Source: Chloroflexota bacterium (GTDB lineage Bacteria > Chloroflexota > Anaerolineae > J102). Taken from it: a DNA stretch of 32,000 nt. Position numbers and translations under genes: made by a program. The notes under the pieces are model-generated. The model saw nothing but the letters and a program-made list of their open reading frames with translations, did no database searches and was not told the DNA's origin. Below, piece by piece: positions 7,884 to 22,377 of the stretch (position 1 is its first letter; each line of letters opens with the position of its first letter). Location: assembly GCA_029782215.1 (NCBI GenBank), contig JAKOVD010000069.1:1-32000 (forward strand), given 5' to 3'.

Positions 7884-7903
7884 ATGAGCATCCCTATGCT
7901 CAT
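7884..7903. other. Perfect hairpin ATGAGCAT-CCCT-ATGCTCAT (candidate nick/ori hairpin or terminator)
   Basis: 8-bp perfect inverted repeat with a 4-nt loop, 110 bp downstream of the Rep-like gene stop. Confidence 0.5.
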
Positions 7904-8013
7904 GCGATTCGTCCAAATTTTCATCAAGCTACGTACGCTGACCTTGGCGGTAACCTAAGCGGTCGTTCAGCGCGGCCCGTACATTCTGTTCGGCCTCTAC
8001 GCAGTTGAATTCT

Positions 8014-8517
8014 TCACGGCATCAACGGTTTTGGTATTGACGCTAGGCACCACTCTATGGCCTCGCAGTTTAGTCCGTCTGCTTCTTTGCTGACGTACCA
8101 TGCAAGACCACTGGAGTCGTACATTTCCTTCACATCATACCTCGGGAGTAACCACTGTGATCGGCGTATGTAGCTGCGCATATGTGCATCGAGTTCGGCG
8201 CGAGACTTGACGTTCCCGACCAATATATGCGCATGAATCCGTTTGTTGCCATGCGCGCCCTCAATGATCGGCACGTACAGGACACGGCACTTATCGTTGA
8301 ACTTCGACTTATTACCCCAGATTGCGCTGTTGAGCGTTGCACCGAGGTGCCGTAGCTGCGCTCGTGCCTGCTCGTACGTAGGCTCCAAGCTCAAGTCGTA
8401 CGCCTTCCCGAACGTTACTGTAAGCATGTAGTCCACCCACGGCATGTAGCGATTCAGCATCCGTGCATTCAGGTCCTGCAACGTAGCTAGCGGGACGGAG
8501 ACTTTGTTTTCTGGCAT
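8014..8517 (-). CDS. Small HUH-superfamily Rep-like protein (167 aa); possibly the YagK/YfjJ (inovirus Gp2-like) type seen in integrative islands
   Basis: ATG at 8517 with GAGG 6 nt upstream. Three motifs are in canonical order: MLTVTF (motif I, aa 31-36), RIHAHILVG (HUH, H95/H97) and AWYVSKEADG (YxxK, Y141). No helicase domain. Confidence 0.6.
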   Translation of the reverse strand: MPENKVSVPLATLQDLNARMLNRYMPWVDYMLTVTFGKAYDLSLEPTYEQARAQLRHLGATLNSAIWGNKSKFNDKCRVLYVPIIEGAHGNKRIHAHILVGNVKSRAELDAHMRSYIRRSQWLLPRYDVKEMYDSSGLAWYVSKEADGLNCEAIEWCLASIPKPLMP

Positions 8518-8663
8518 ATAAGACCTCATAGTTCTGTGCACTATTTAGCAAAATCTTAGGTTTGCGGCCTGAAAATGGTTTACTTGCGCTGATTCCCGGT
8601 CGACCTGCTGCTGGTTGAGGGAGCAAAGTTGCGGCATGTGAAACGCAATGGGAAGGAAATCAC

Positions 8664-9125
8664 ATGCAACTCGCAAAGCTCAAGCTGGTGTCCGCAGTGC
8701 GTCGTCGGAAGACGGTTGCCGACATCCGGCGCGACAAGCTGCTGGGCAAGCTGGACGAGCAGATCGGGCTGGCAACTGCGCAGGTCGAAGGCAAGACGTT
8801 CGAAGCCAAGCGAGCCAAGGTCGTCGTGGACGCTGACGGTCGTCGTGGGCGCGAGCTGGTGCCGGCCCGCGTCAAACAGTGGTGGTGGAAGACGAGCGAC
8901 GGCAAGCTGCTGTTCACGATCCAGTACGGCACGAAGCCGCTGGAACTGGCCAAGGGCAAGCCGGCCGTCGAAGTGGGCAACATGCAGGAACTCATCGAGG
9001 CCCTGCAGAGCGTGCGTGCTGCCACCGAGGCCGGCGAGCTTGACGGTCACATCGAGACTGCCAGTGCGTCGCTGGGTGTCGCGTTCAAGCGCAAGACCAG
9101 CAAGGGCGGTGCGCGGGCGCACTGA
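8664..9125 (+). CDS. Hypothetical protein (153 aa)
   Basis: SD GGAAGGA lies upstream of the ATG. Divergent from the Rep-like gene. Sequence includes KQWWWKTSDGKLLFTIQYGTKPLEL. No family recognised with confidence. Confidence 0.75.
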   Translation: MQLAKLKLVSAVRRRKTVADIRRDKLLGKLDEQIGLATAQVEGKTFEAKRAKVVVDADGRRGRELVPARVKQWWWKTSDGKLLFTIQYGTKPLELAKGKPAVEVGNMQELIEALQSVRAATEAGELDGHIETASASLGVAFKRKTSKGGARAH

Positions 9126-9321
9126 CCGGGGCATGCGGCGCAGACAACAGCGCCAGCGTGCGGTTTCAGCGCCGATCAGCGATGAGTCGGTCTGACGCAC
9201 GCACGGGCTGAATGGGAAACGCCCCGGCTCAAGTGCCCGGCGTCGGCCTCAAGGCTGGTGCGTGAGTCGTGGTCAAGGAGCCCGGCCGAGAGCGCGGGCT
9301 TGATGCAACAGGCGTGATGCG

Positions 9322-9486
9322 ATGGACAGGTACAAGGCGACGGTTCGAGTTCAGGCCCCGTCCGGGCATGGCAAGTTGACGACGTGGGCCGAGGTGCGGG
9401 CGTCGAATCCGAACATGGCGCGGCAGCTGCTCGAAGCGCAGTTCGGCCGGGGAAACGTGGTCGGCGTGCCCGTGCGTTGCGGGTAG
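9322..9486 (+). CDS. Small hypothetical protein (54 aa, not in ORF track)
   Basis: My own translation: MDRYKATVRVQAPSGHGKLTTWAEVRASNPNMARQLLEAQFGRGNVVGVPVRCG*. Third codon positions are strongly G/C-biased, which fits coding sequence. The SD is weak. Confidence 0.45.
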   Translation: MDRYKATVRVQAPSGHGKLTTWAEVRASNPNMARQLLEAQFGRGNVVGVPVRCG

Positions 9487-9537
9487 GCTGTGGCCGTGGT
9501 GCTGGGCTAAATACAAGGACAGCACTACGGAGGCAGC

Positions 9538-9747
9538 ATGAGACTTGAGGAGATACAGCCGTCGAACGCGGCGGAGCAACGAGTGAAGAGGATGAAGGCG
9601 AGCGCGAAGGCGGCCAAGGACAGGGCACGACAGCTACAGGCCCAGGCCGACACGAGCGCGGAGCGGTTGGACATGCAGCAGTCGCGGCAGAAGCTGGCGC
9701 AGCTACAGCGCAAGGCAGCATCGTCCACCATCAAGCCTTACACGTGA
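9538..9747 (+). CDS. Small basic, coiled-coil-like hypothetical protein (69 aa)
   Basis: GGAGG lies 4 nt upstream of the ATG. The sequence is Lys/Arg/Gln/Ala-rich and predicted helical. Confidence 0.55.
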   Translation: MRLEEIQPSNAAEQRVKRMKASAKAAKDRARQLQAQADTSAERLDMQQSRQKLAQLQRKAASSTIKPYT

Positions 9748-9949
9748 ACTGCGAACGTCGAGAGAGAGCCACGCCAGCGCCGTGCAGGTGGCAGCGTGGC
9801 AGAAATTGCTGAATTTGTTGGACGCGGCGAAGGGGTGGGCAACGACCGCAGAGTGGACAACCTATGTACGTTTATCCAGTACACTTGACGGGGCCATACG
9901 CGCCTGCAAGACCCAGTTGCTGATGACTCAACGACCAAGATGACTACAC

Positions 9950-10732
9950 ATGGACATGAAGTCTGGTGACCTGTTCGAGCAGGAGACGACTAAGCGCCGG
10001 CGTGTGCAAGGTGGCGTAGCGTCTACCGGCGCAGTGCTCTCTTCACATACGGGCGACAACTCAGAGTTGTTCCCCAAGGTTCTCGCCATGTATGTCCCCA
10101 AAGGGGCACGCATTGCGGACGTGACCTACGGAACGGGTGTGTTCTGGAAGAACGTCGACACGAGCGAGTACGAGTTCCTGCCGTCAGACCTCAAGACCGG
10201 TGTTGATGCGAGGCACCTGCCGTACGAGGACAGCTACCTTGACGCATTTGTTCTTGACCCGCCCTACATGGAAGGTCTATACCGAGACGCTACGTCGAAG
10301 CTGGCCGGTGGCGGGTCGCACGATGCGTTCCGCGAGTACTACTCCAACGGTCAAGCTACGTCGGACAAGACGCTGAAGTACCACGACAAGGTCATCGACA
10401 TGTACATGACGATTGGCCTTGAGGCGCGGCGAACGCTACGTGACGGCGGAGTATTCATCGTCAAGTGCCAAGACGAGGTGAGCGCGAATCGACAGAAGCT
10501 GACGCACGTGGAACTGATCTTTGGGTATGAACAGTTGGGGTTCTACTGCAAAGACCTGTTCGTGCTCACAAGAACAAACAAGCCAGCAGTTGCGCGCCTG
10601 ATCAAACAGGAACACTCCCGCAAGAACCACAGCTACTTCCTGGTCTTCGTCCTGGGCAAAGGGCGGAAGAAGCTGCCATACAGCAACTTCCGGTCATTGC
10701 TGGCGAGCTACGCCGATCGCATCTCAAAGTGA
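9950..10732 (+). CDS. SAM-dependent DNA methyltransferase (DPPY motif; N6-adenine or N4-cytosine)
   Basis: Motif I is IADVTYGTGVFW (aa 55-66) and motif IV is LDPPY (DPPY at aa 103-106, nt 10256-10267). Motif I preceding motif IV with a short gap gives a gamma-like order. An alternative ATG exists at 9956. Confidence 0.85.
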   Translation: MDMKSGDLFEQETTKRRRVQGGVASTGAVLSSHTGDNSELFPKVLAMYVPKGARIADVTYGTGVFWKNVDTSEYEFLPSDLKTGVDARHLPYEDSYLDAFVLDPPYMEGLYRDATSKLAGGGSHDAFREYYSNGQATSDKTLKYHDKVIDMYMTIGLEARRTLRDGGVFIVKCQDEVSANRQKLTHVELIFGYEQLGFYCKDLFVLTRTNKPAVARLIKQEHSRKNHSYFLVFVLGKGRKKLPYSNFRSLLASYADRISK

Positions 10733-11371
10733 CCTTGCAGTTGCAAAGAGGTCCGTACTCCAGTGATCGGTCAATGGGTAGGTGATCTCTTCAGTTGTTG
10801 CAAGCAAGTACCTCTGCTGCTCCGGGGTGTATTTGTTGGAAGTGGTCAGCCGGCAGTTGCGATTGAGCTTGTACGCGAACTCCCAAGTGCCGGTGAACGG
10901 AAAGAGTGGCACGGCAAGGATGTGATAGTCGCCAACACGATAGTTGGTAGTGGTTACGACGTCACCGTTAGGTAGTCTCACGTCACGCTTGTCGCTTCCA
11001 TCGTTCTGTACAACGCCGTGAAGGGCTTGCAGGTCTTCGCGCCATACGATCGAGTTGGTCTGTAACGACTTCAACTGAATCGAGACGCGGCGGCCTTCGA
11101 ACACAAAGTCAGTGTCGACCTTGTTGTTCTCTCTGTCGTGGTCGTCGTGTTGGCGTACATCCGTAATGCGTGGATCGCGCAGCACTGTCTTTCCAAACAT
11201 CTCTTCAGCGATGTAGCCCAAGATCATTCCGCGCAGACTCGGTGCACGCTTGATTGCGAGCACCAGGTCCTCGGGTGGGATAGCGTCAACGATGGTAGAC
11301 ACCCTCTCCCTAGCTGCGACGGCGAGCCTGTGATCAGGGTTCTTCTGGCCTCTTGCCACGCGAGTCGCCAT
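10724..11371 (-). CDS. Putative PD-(D/E)xK restriction endonuclease (215 aa)
   Basis: Convergent with the methylase, with 3' ends overlapping by 9 bp. Candidate catalytic residues are E56/E57 (IAEEMF), D86/D88 (VDTDFVF) and Q99-x-K101 (SIQLKS). Assigned from motif pattern and context only. Confidence 0.6.
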   Translation of the reverse strand: MATRVARGQKNPDHRLAVAARERVSTIVDAIPPEDLVLAIKRAPSLRGMILGYIAEEMFGKTVLRDPRITDVRQHDDHDRENNKVDTDFVFEGRRVSIQLKSLQTNSIVWREDLQALHGVVQNDGSDKRDVRLPNGDVVTTTNYRVGDYHILAVPLFPFTGTWEFAYKLNRNCRLTTSNKYTPEQQRYLLATTEEITYPLTDHWSTDLFATARSL

Positions 11372-11459
11372 ACGAGCATTTCTCCCTCTGTTATCGAGGG
11401 TTCAACCATATCAGACTGTTACGGCGCAGCGATCCAGAAAGCAGGAAGCAGGTGGTTGC

Positions 11460-12005
11460 CTACCAGCGGCGGCCGAAGCGCAGCGCCGCACTGGGCGTCG
11501 ACGCTCGGCTGAGAAGCTCTTGGTACGTATCCACGACCCCATCAATGCACGATGCGACTGCTTGTAGGTCCAGGGATCGATCGACAGCGAAGCCTTCGGC
11601 TGCAAAGGAACTTCCGTATCGCGGCGCAGCGTGTCCAAAGTGCTCAGGTAGGTAGTCGCTGACCAAGGGTCGAGGAAGGACTGGTTGCCAAAACGAGGGT
11701 TCGGAGGCGGACTCGCTCGCACCGTACGCAACGAGTAGCACTGACGCCGCCTTGAAGTAGAGCACCGCCGGATAGCTGCCGCGTGCGGGAGAGTGTCCTG
11801 GACCAAAGAAGCCAAGCCACGGAACGCGAGCGGGTGTGCCCTTTCCAAAACTGACTTTGACTCGCAAGGAACGGTACTGCGTCGGGTAGTGGCTGACATA
11901 CAGACTGTTCGACGCCGTTGCTTGCTGCATAAACTTCTCCAGCAACGCGGGCAAGTCGGTGTCAGTGGTCATGGGCGACGGTTGAACTGGGCTGTACGAC
12001 ATCAT
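11460..12005 (-). CDS. Stand-alone DUF3578 / MrcB_N-like DNA-reader domain protein (181 aa)
   Basis: LRVKVSFGKGTPARVPWLGFFGPGHSPARGSYPAVLYFKAASVLLVAYGASE matches my recollection of the DUF3578 signature (vkgSvGqGnwaevPWiai...GyYvvYLF...vyLsL). The start is uncertain (12005 or 11972) and there is no clear SD. Confidence 0.6.
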   Translation of the reverse strand: MMSYSPVQPSPMTTDTDLPALLEKFMQQATASNSLYVSHYPTQYRSLRVKVSFGKGTPARVPWLGFFGPGHSPARGSYPAVLYFKAASVLLVAYGASESASEPSFWQPVLPRPLVSDYLPEHFGHAAPRYGSSFAAEGFAVDRSLDLQAVASCIDGVVDTYQELLSRASTPSAALRFGRRW

Positions 12006-12176
12006 AGGAGGCGAGCTTGTGGGTGCGCATGGCTGCGGCCGGAAAGTCGATCAAGCGACCCAACGCTCATCGATTCCGTCGATGACCACATAGAGAATTT
12101 CTCTGTTGGACGCTGATTGCAGCGGCCACCAGAATGAGCACGTACGACAACGCAAGGGTGCGATCACCAAGGCGTG

Positions 12177-12194
12177 TGTCAACGGATTGTCAAA
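12177..12194 (+). promoter_or_regulatory. Putative integrase arm-type site pair (TGTCAAC-N4-TGTCAAA)
   Basis: Copies at 12177-12183 and 12188-12194, 11 bp apart, in the same orientation as the attL-side pair. Confidence 0.5.
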
Positions 12195-12237
12195 ACCCAC
12201 GTCACGGGCCTGCTGCGCAGTACGTCGAATTCTCGTC

Positions 12238-12255
12238 TGTCAACGCCGTGTCAAC
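12238..12255 (+). promoter_or_regulatory. Putative integrase arm-type site pair (TGTCAAC-N4-TGTCAAC)
   Basis: Copies at 12238-12244 and 12249-12255, 11 bp apart, 40 bp from the attR core. Confidence 0.55.
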
Positions 12256-12267
12256 ACAGTTTTCCCC

Positions 12268-15978
<3,711 letters not shown>

Positions 15979-15992
15979 TCTGAGCTGAGACC

Positions 15993-16760
15993 ATGCTGCT
16001 GAAGCTGCTGCTGGTCGCCGCGTCGGCGCTGCTGTCGTCGCTGGTGGCCAAGCGCTTCGGCCACGCGGTGGGCGGCACGCTCGCCGGGCTGCCGATGATC
16101 GCCGGGCCGATCATGGGTTTCGTGCTGTGGGCGACGCCGGTGCAGGGCGTGCGCGCCATCGCGCTGGCCACGCTGGTGTGCCTGCCGGCCACGGTGGCGC
16201 ACCTCGTCACTTTCGCCTGGAGCGGGACGCGCTGGCCCTGGTGGCTGTCGCTGGCGCTGGCCAACCTGGCCTTCTTCGGCCTGGGCATGCTGATGCCGCA
16301 GCTGGGCCTGCCTGCCTGGCTCGTCTGCCTGCTGGCGCTGGCGGTGCTGGCGCTGGGCGGCGTGGTGATGCCGCGCCTGCGCATCGCGCCGGGCGCGGTC
16401 GACATTCCGCACGCCGAGCTGGCCTGCCGCGTGGCCGCGGCGCTGCTGGTCGCCTGGGCGATCATCCGCAGCGCCGGCGTGGCGCCGGCGGCCTTGAGCG
16501 GCCTGCTGCTGGCCGTGCCCATCACCGGCAACGTGCTGCCCTGCTTCACGCTGCCACGCTACGGCGCGGCGGCCACGGTGGCGCTGCTGCGCGGCTTCGT
16601 GCGCGGGCTGTCGGGCTTCGGCGCCTTCTTCGTCACGCTCTACCTCGGGCTGGCCGCCTGGCCTGCCGGCGTGGCCTATGCGGCGGCCTGGATCGCCGCG
16701 CTGGTGGTGGCGAGCGCGCTGTATGCGCTGCAGCGCCGCCACCTGGCGCCGGCAGCGTAG
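15993..16760 (+). CDS. Polytopic membrane protein, unknown function
   Basis: 255-aa ORF made almost entirely of hydrophobic helices. It starts 15 nt after the oxoprolinase stop. Confidence 0.7.
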   Translation: MLLKLLLVAASALLSSLVAKRFGHAVGGTLAGLPMIAGPIMGFVLWATPVQGVRAIALATLVCLPATVAHLVTFAWSGTRWPWWLSLALANLAFFGLGMLMPQLGLPAWLVCLLALAVLALGGVVMPRLRIAPGAVDIPHAELACRVAAALLVAWAIIRSAGVAPAALSGLLLAVPITGNVLPCFTLPRYGAAATVALLRGFVRGLSGFGAFFVTLYLGLAAWPAGVAYAAAWIAALVVASALYALQRRHLAPAA

Positions 16761-16763
16761 CCT

Positions 16764-19760
<2,997 letters not shown>

Positions 19761-19934
19761 CGCGGATGCGGCGGGACGAGCCCTGCATGCTGCCGCAGAT
19801 CGGGCCGTTTGCGAGCGCCTGATTGCACGATCGCCTGCGCGCCGAAGTGAGCGAGATCATCAAACCTGAGTCGGCGCATCACTTGGATCTCTCGTGACCG
19901 GAGGTATCGCTGCAGGCTGCATTAGCATTGCCCG

Positions 19935-20663
19935 ATGCGGTTCCTGGCCCGACGCTGGTGCGTGCCCGCGCTGCTGCTCGCAGCGCTGCCCACGCACGCC
20001 GACGTGGCCTGGCTGCAGCCGCTGGCCAGCCCCTCGGGCACGCTCGCCGCGCCCTGGCACATCGCCGGGCTGCCGCACCAGACCAAGCCCTACACGCGCT
20101 TCGCGGTGGAGCAGATCGACGGGCGCCGCGCCGTGCGCATCGAATCGGAGAGCGCCTACGGCAACCTCGTGCACCCGTTGCGCGTGGACGGCACGGCGAT
20201 GACGCTGTCCTGGCAGTGGCGCGTCGACGAGCTGGTGGCCGAGTCCGACCTGCACGACAAGAACGGCGACGACACCGCGGTCAAGGTCTGCGTGCTGTTC
20301 GACCTGCCGATCGAGCAGCTGAGCTTCGTCGACCGGCAGACGCTGCGCCTGGCGCGCGCCGCCAGCCACGAGCCGCTGCCGGCCGCCACCGTCTGCTACG
20401 TGTGGGACCGGCTGCTGCCCGCCGGCACGGCCATCGCCAATGCCTTCACGCGGCGCATCCGCTACCTGGTGCTGCGCAGCGGCGCGGCCGATCTGCACCA
20501 CTGGCACGAGGAGCGGCGCGACATCGGCGCCGATTTCCTGCGCCTGTTCGGCAGCGAGAGCCCGCAGGTGCCGCCGGTGGTGGGCGTGGCGATCGGCGCG
20601 GACACCGACAACACCCACGGACACAGCCTTGCCCACGTGGCCGAGCTGGTGCTCGCGCCTTGA
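19935..20663 (+). CDS. Secreted DUF3047-family protein
   Basis: Signal peptide (MRFLARRWCVPALLLAALPTHA). The body (FAVEQIDGRRAVRIESESAYGNLVH...DDTAVKVCVLFD...GVAIGADTDNT) matches my recollection of DUF3047. Confidence 0.8.
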   Translation: MRFLARRWCVPALLLAALPTHADVAWLQPLASPSGTLAAPWHIAGLPHQTKPYTRFAVEQIDGRRAVRIESESAYGNLVHPLRVDGTAMTLSWQWRVDELVAESDLHDKNGDDTAVKVCVLFDLPIEQLSFVDRQTLRLARAASHEPLPAATVCYVWDRLLPAGTAIANAFTRRIRYLVLRSGAADLHHWHEERRDIGADFLRLFGSESPQVPPVVGVAIGADTDNTHGHSLAHVAELVLAP

Positions 20664-21715
20664 AGCGAGCGCTGCTCCTGGGGGCCGGCGCCGCGCATCT
20701 GCAGGTGCTGCACGCCTTCGCGACCGAGGCGCTGCCCGGCGTCGAACTGAGCGTGGTGGCGCCTGCGCCGCGCGTGCTGCATGCGCCCCTGCTGGCCGGC
20801 TTGGTGGCCGGGCACTACACGCTGGCGCAGTGCAGCGTGCCGCTCGCGCCGCTGGCCGAGCGCGCCGGCGCGCGGCTGCTGCAGGCCTCGGCCGTTGCCC
20901 TCGACCTCGCGGCGCGCAGCGTGAGCCTGGCCGACGGCCGAAGCCTCGCCTACGACGTGCTGAGCCTGGATCTCGCCGACGCGATGGACCGCGACGCGAT
21001 TCCGGGTGCGCGCGAGCACGGCCTGTTCCTGCGTCCGCTCGAGGCCTTCGCGCAGCTGTGGGAGCGCATGCACGAGCTGGCGCAGCGGCAGCCGATGTGC
21101 GTGGTGGTGGTGGGCCATGGCGTCGACGCCGTCGAGATGGCGCTGGCGCTGCAGCACCGGCTCGGCGACCGCTCGCGCGTCGGCCTGGTCAGCGGCGGCG
21201 GGGCCGTGCTGCCGGATCACCCCGAGACAGCGCGGCGGCGCGTGCTGCAGGCGCTCAGGCGCCGCCAGGTGACCCTGCTCGAAGACGCGTGCGCCGAGAT
21301 CGGCGCGACGCACCTCACCCTGGCCAGCGGCACGCGCGTGGCCTGCGACGCCGCGGTGATGGCGCTGCCCGTGGGCGTGCCGGCCTGGTTGCGCGAGGCC
21401 GGCCTGGTGCCGCAGGGGCAGGGCTTGGTGGCCACCGGCGCGACGCTGCAGAGCGCCACGCAGCCCGAGGTCTTCGCGGCCGGCACCGATGCGCGTGCCG
21501 GCGCGGCGCTGGCGCTCAACCTGCGCCGCTTCCTCGCCGGCGGCGAACTCGTGCCCTGGGCAGCGCCGGCGCGCCCGCTCGAGCTGATCGGCTGCGGCGA
21601 GCGCCGTGCCATCGCGTGCTGGGGCGGCTGGTCGGTGCAGGGGCGCTGGGCCTGGCACTGGAAGGATCGCCGCGAGCGCCGCTTCCTCGAAACCCACGGC
21701 GCGAGCAGCGCCTGA
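20660..21715 (+). CDS. FAD-dependent pyridine-nucleotide-disulfide-oxidoreductase-like protein
   Basis: The TTG start overlaps the upstream stop (TTGA). N-terminal dinucleotide-fold motif LLLGAGAAHLQVL and a second fold VVVVGHGVDAVEMA. Only the 3' 351 codons of the 595-aa track ORF are taken as real. Confidence 0.75.
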   Translation: MKRALLLGAGAAHLQVLHAFATEALPGVELSVVAPAPRVLHAPLLAGLVAGHYTLAQCSVPLAPLAERAGARLLQASAVALDLAARSVSLADGRSLAYDVLSLDLADAMDRDAIPGAREHGLFLRPLEAFAQLWERMHELAQRQPMCVVVVGHGVDAVEMALALQHRLGDRSRVGLVSGGGAVLPDHPETARRRVLQALRRRQVTLLEDACAEIGATHLTLASGTRVACDAAVMALPVGVPAWLREAGLVPQGQGLVATGATLQSATQPEVFAAGTDARAGAALALNLRRFLAGGELVPWAAPARPLELIGCGERRAIACWGGWSVQGRWAWHWKDRRERRFLETHGASSA

Positions 21716-21764
21716 GCCCGCTGCGCCAGAATCACCCCATTCCCGGATCGAACAGGAGCCTTGC

Positions 21765-22370
21765 ATGACCCCCACCCGCCTCGCCGACGACGACAACAAG
21801 AAGCCCGAAGCCGCTGCCGCCGGCCCCGGCCGCCTCGAGGAGCAGCTCGCCTTCAAGTCGCGCTACGTGCTGGTGTTCGGCGAGATCGACGACAAGCTCG
21901 CGCTCGCCACCTGCCGCCGCCTGCTGGCGCTGTCGGAAGACTCGGACGCGCCGATCACCATGCTGATCTCCTCGCCGGGCGGCCATGTGGAATCGGGCGA
22001 CGCCATCCACGACATGATCCGCTTCGTGCGCGCCCCGGTCACCACCGTGGGCAGCGGCTGGGTGGCCAGCGCCGGCGCGCACATCTTCCTCGCGCCGCCG
22101 AAGGAGCGCCGGGTCTGCCTGCCCAATACGCGCTTCATGATCCACCAGCCCGCCGGCGGCGCCGGCGGCCAGGCCACCGACATCGCCATCCAGGCCAAGG
22201 AGATCCTGCGCACGCGCGAGCGCATCGCGCGCGTCATCGCCACGCAGACCGGCCGCCCCTACGACACCGTGGTGTCGGACATGGAGCGCGACTTCTGGAT
22301 GAGCGCGAAGGAAGCCATCGAGTACGGCATCGCCTCGCGCATCGTCGAGCGGCAGGCGGAGCTGGCCTGA
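21765..22370 (+). CDS. clpP: ClpP-family serine protease subunit (paralogue, no clpX adjacent)
   Basis: AGGAG lies 6 nt upstream of the ATG at 21765. Triad context: GWVASAGAHIF (Ser), RFMIHQP (His), MERDFWMSAKEA (Asp). Confidence 0.85.
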   Translation: MTPTRLADDDNKKPEAAAAGPGRLEEQLAFKSRYVLVFGEIDDKLALATCRRLLALSEDSDAPITMLISSPGGHVESGDAIHDMIRFVRAPVTTVGSGWVASAGAHIFLAPPKERRVCLPNTRFMIHQPAGGAGGQATDIAIQAKEILRTRERIARVIATQTGRPYDTVVSDMERDFWMSAKEAIEYGIASRIVERQAELA

Positions 22371-22377
22371 GCGGCGC

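Noticed and set aside
7432-7916. Two minus-strand ORFs (96 aa and 68 aa) inside the gene-free region, one beginning MLGISGISGIS
   Set aside because: The GISGISGIS run is simply the translated CTTATCCCA tandem repeat. There is no SD, both use non-ATG starts and both have odd Cys/His-rich composition. The region is treated as non-coding and structured.
11372-12005. Idea that the DUF3578 gene is the decayed 5' remnant of a full-length McrB-like GTPase
   Set aside because: Only 88 bp separate it from the next gene. No Walker-type motifs appear in any frame there, and the ORF ends cleanly. It is kept as a stand-alone domain protein, pending comparison with relatives.
12106-12267. Track start codon at 12106, adding 54 aa ([18 protein letters not shown]...) to the oxoprolinase
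   Set aside because: This stretch is island DNA that contains the arm-type repeats. It has no resemblance to oxoprolinase N-termini, which begin a few residues before [16 protein letters not shown] 12268 is preferred, and TTG 12187 cannot be excluded.
19928-20659. N-terminal 244 codons of the 595-aa ORF 19928-21715
   Set aside because: This part is an alternative frame of the DUF3047 gene and is Arg/Ala/Pro-rich. The real oxidoreductase most likely begins at TTG 20660, overlapping the DUF3047 stop.
20462-21856. 464-aa minus-strand ORF opposite the oxidoreductase/ClpP region, and the 442-aa plus-frame ORF 20440-21768
   Set aside because: Their low-complexity Arg/Ala/Gly composition marks them as shadow frames.
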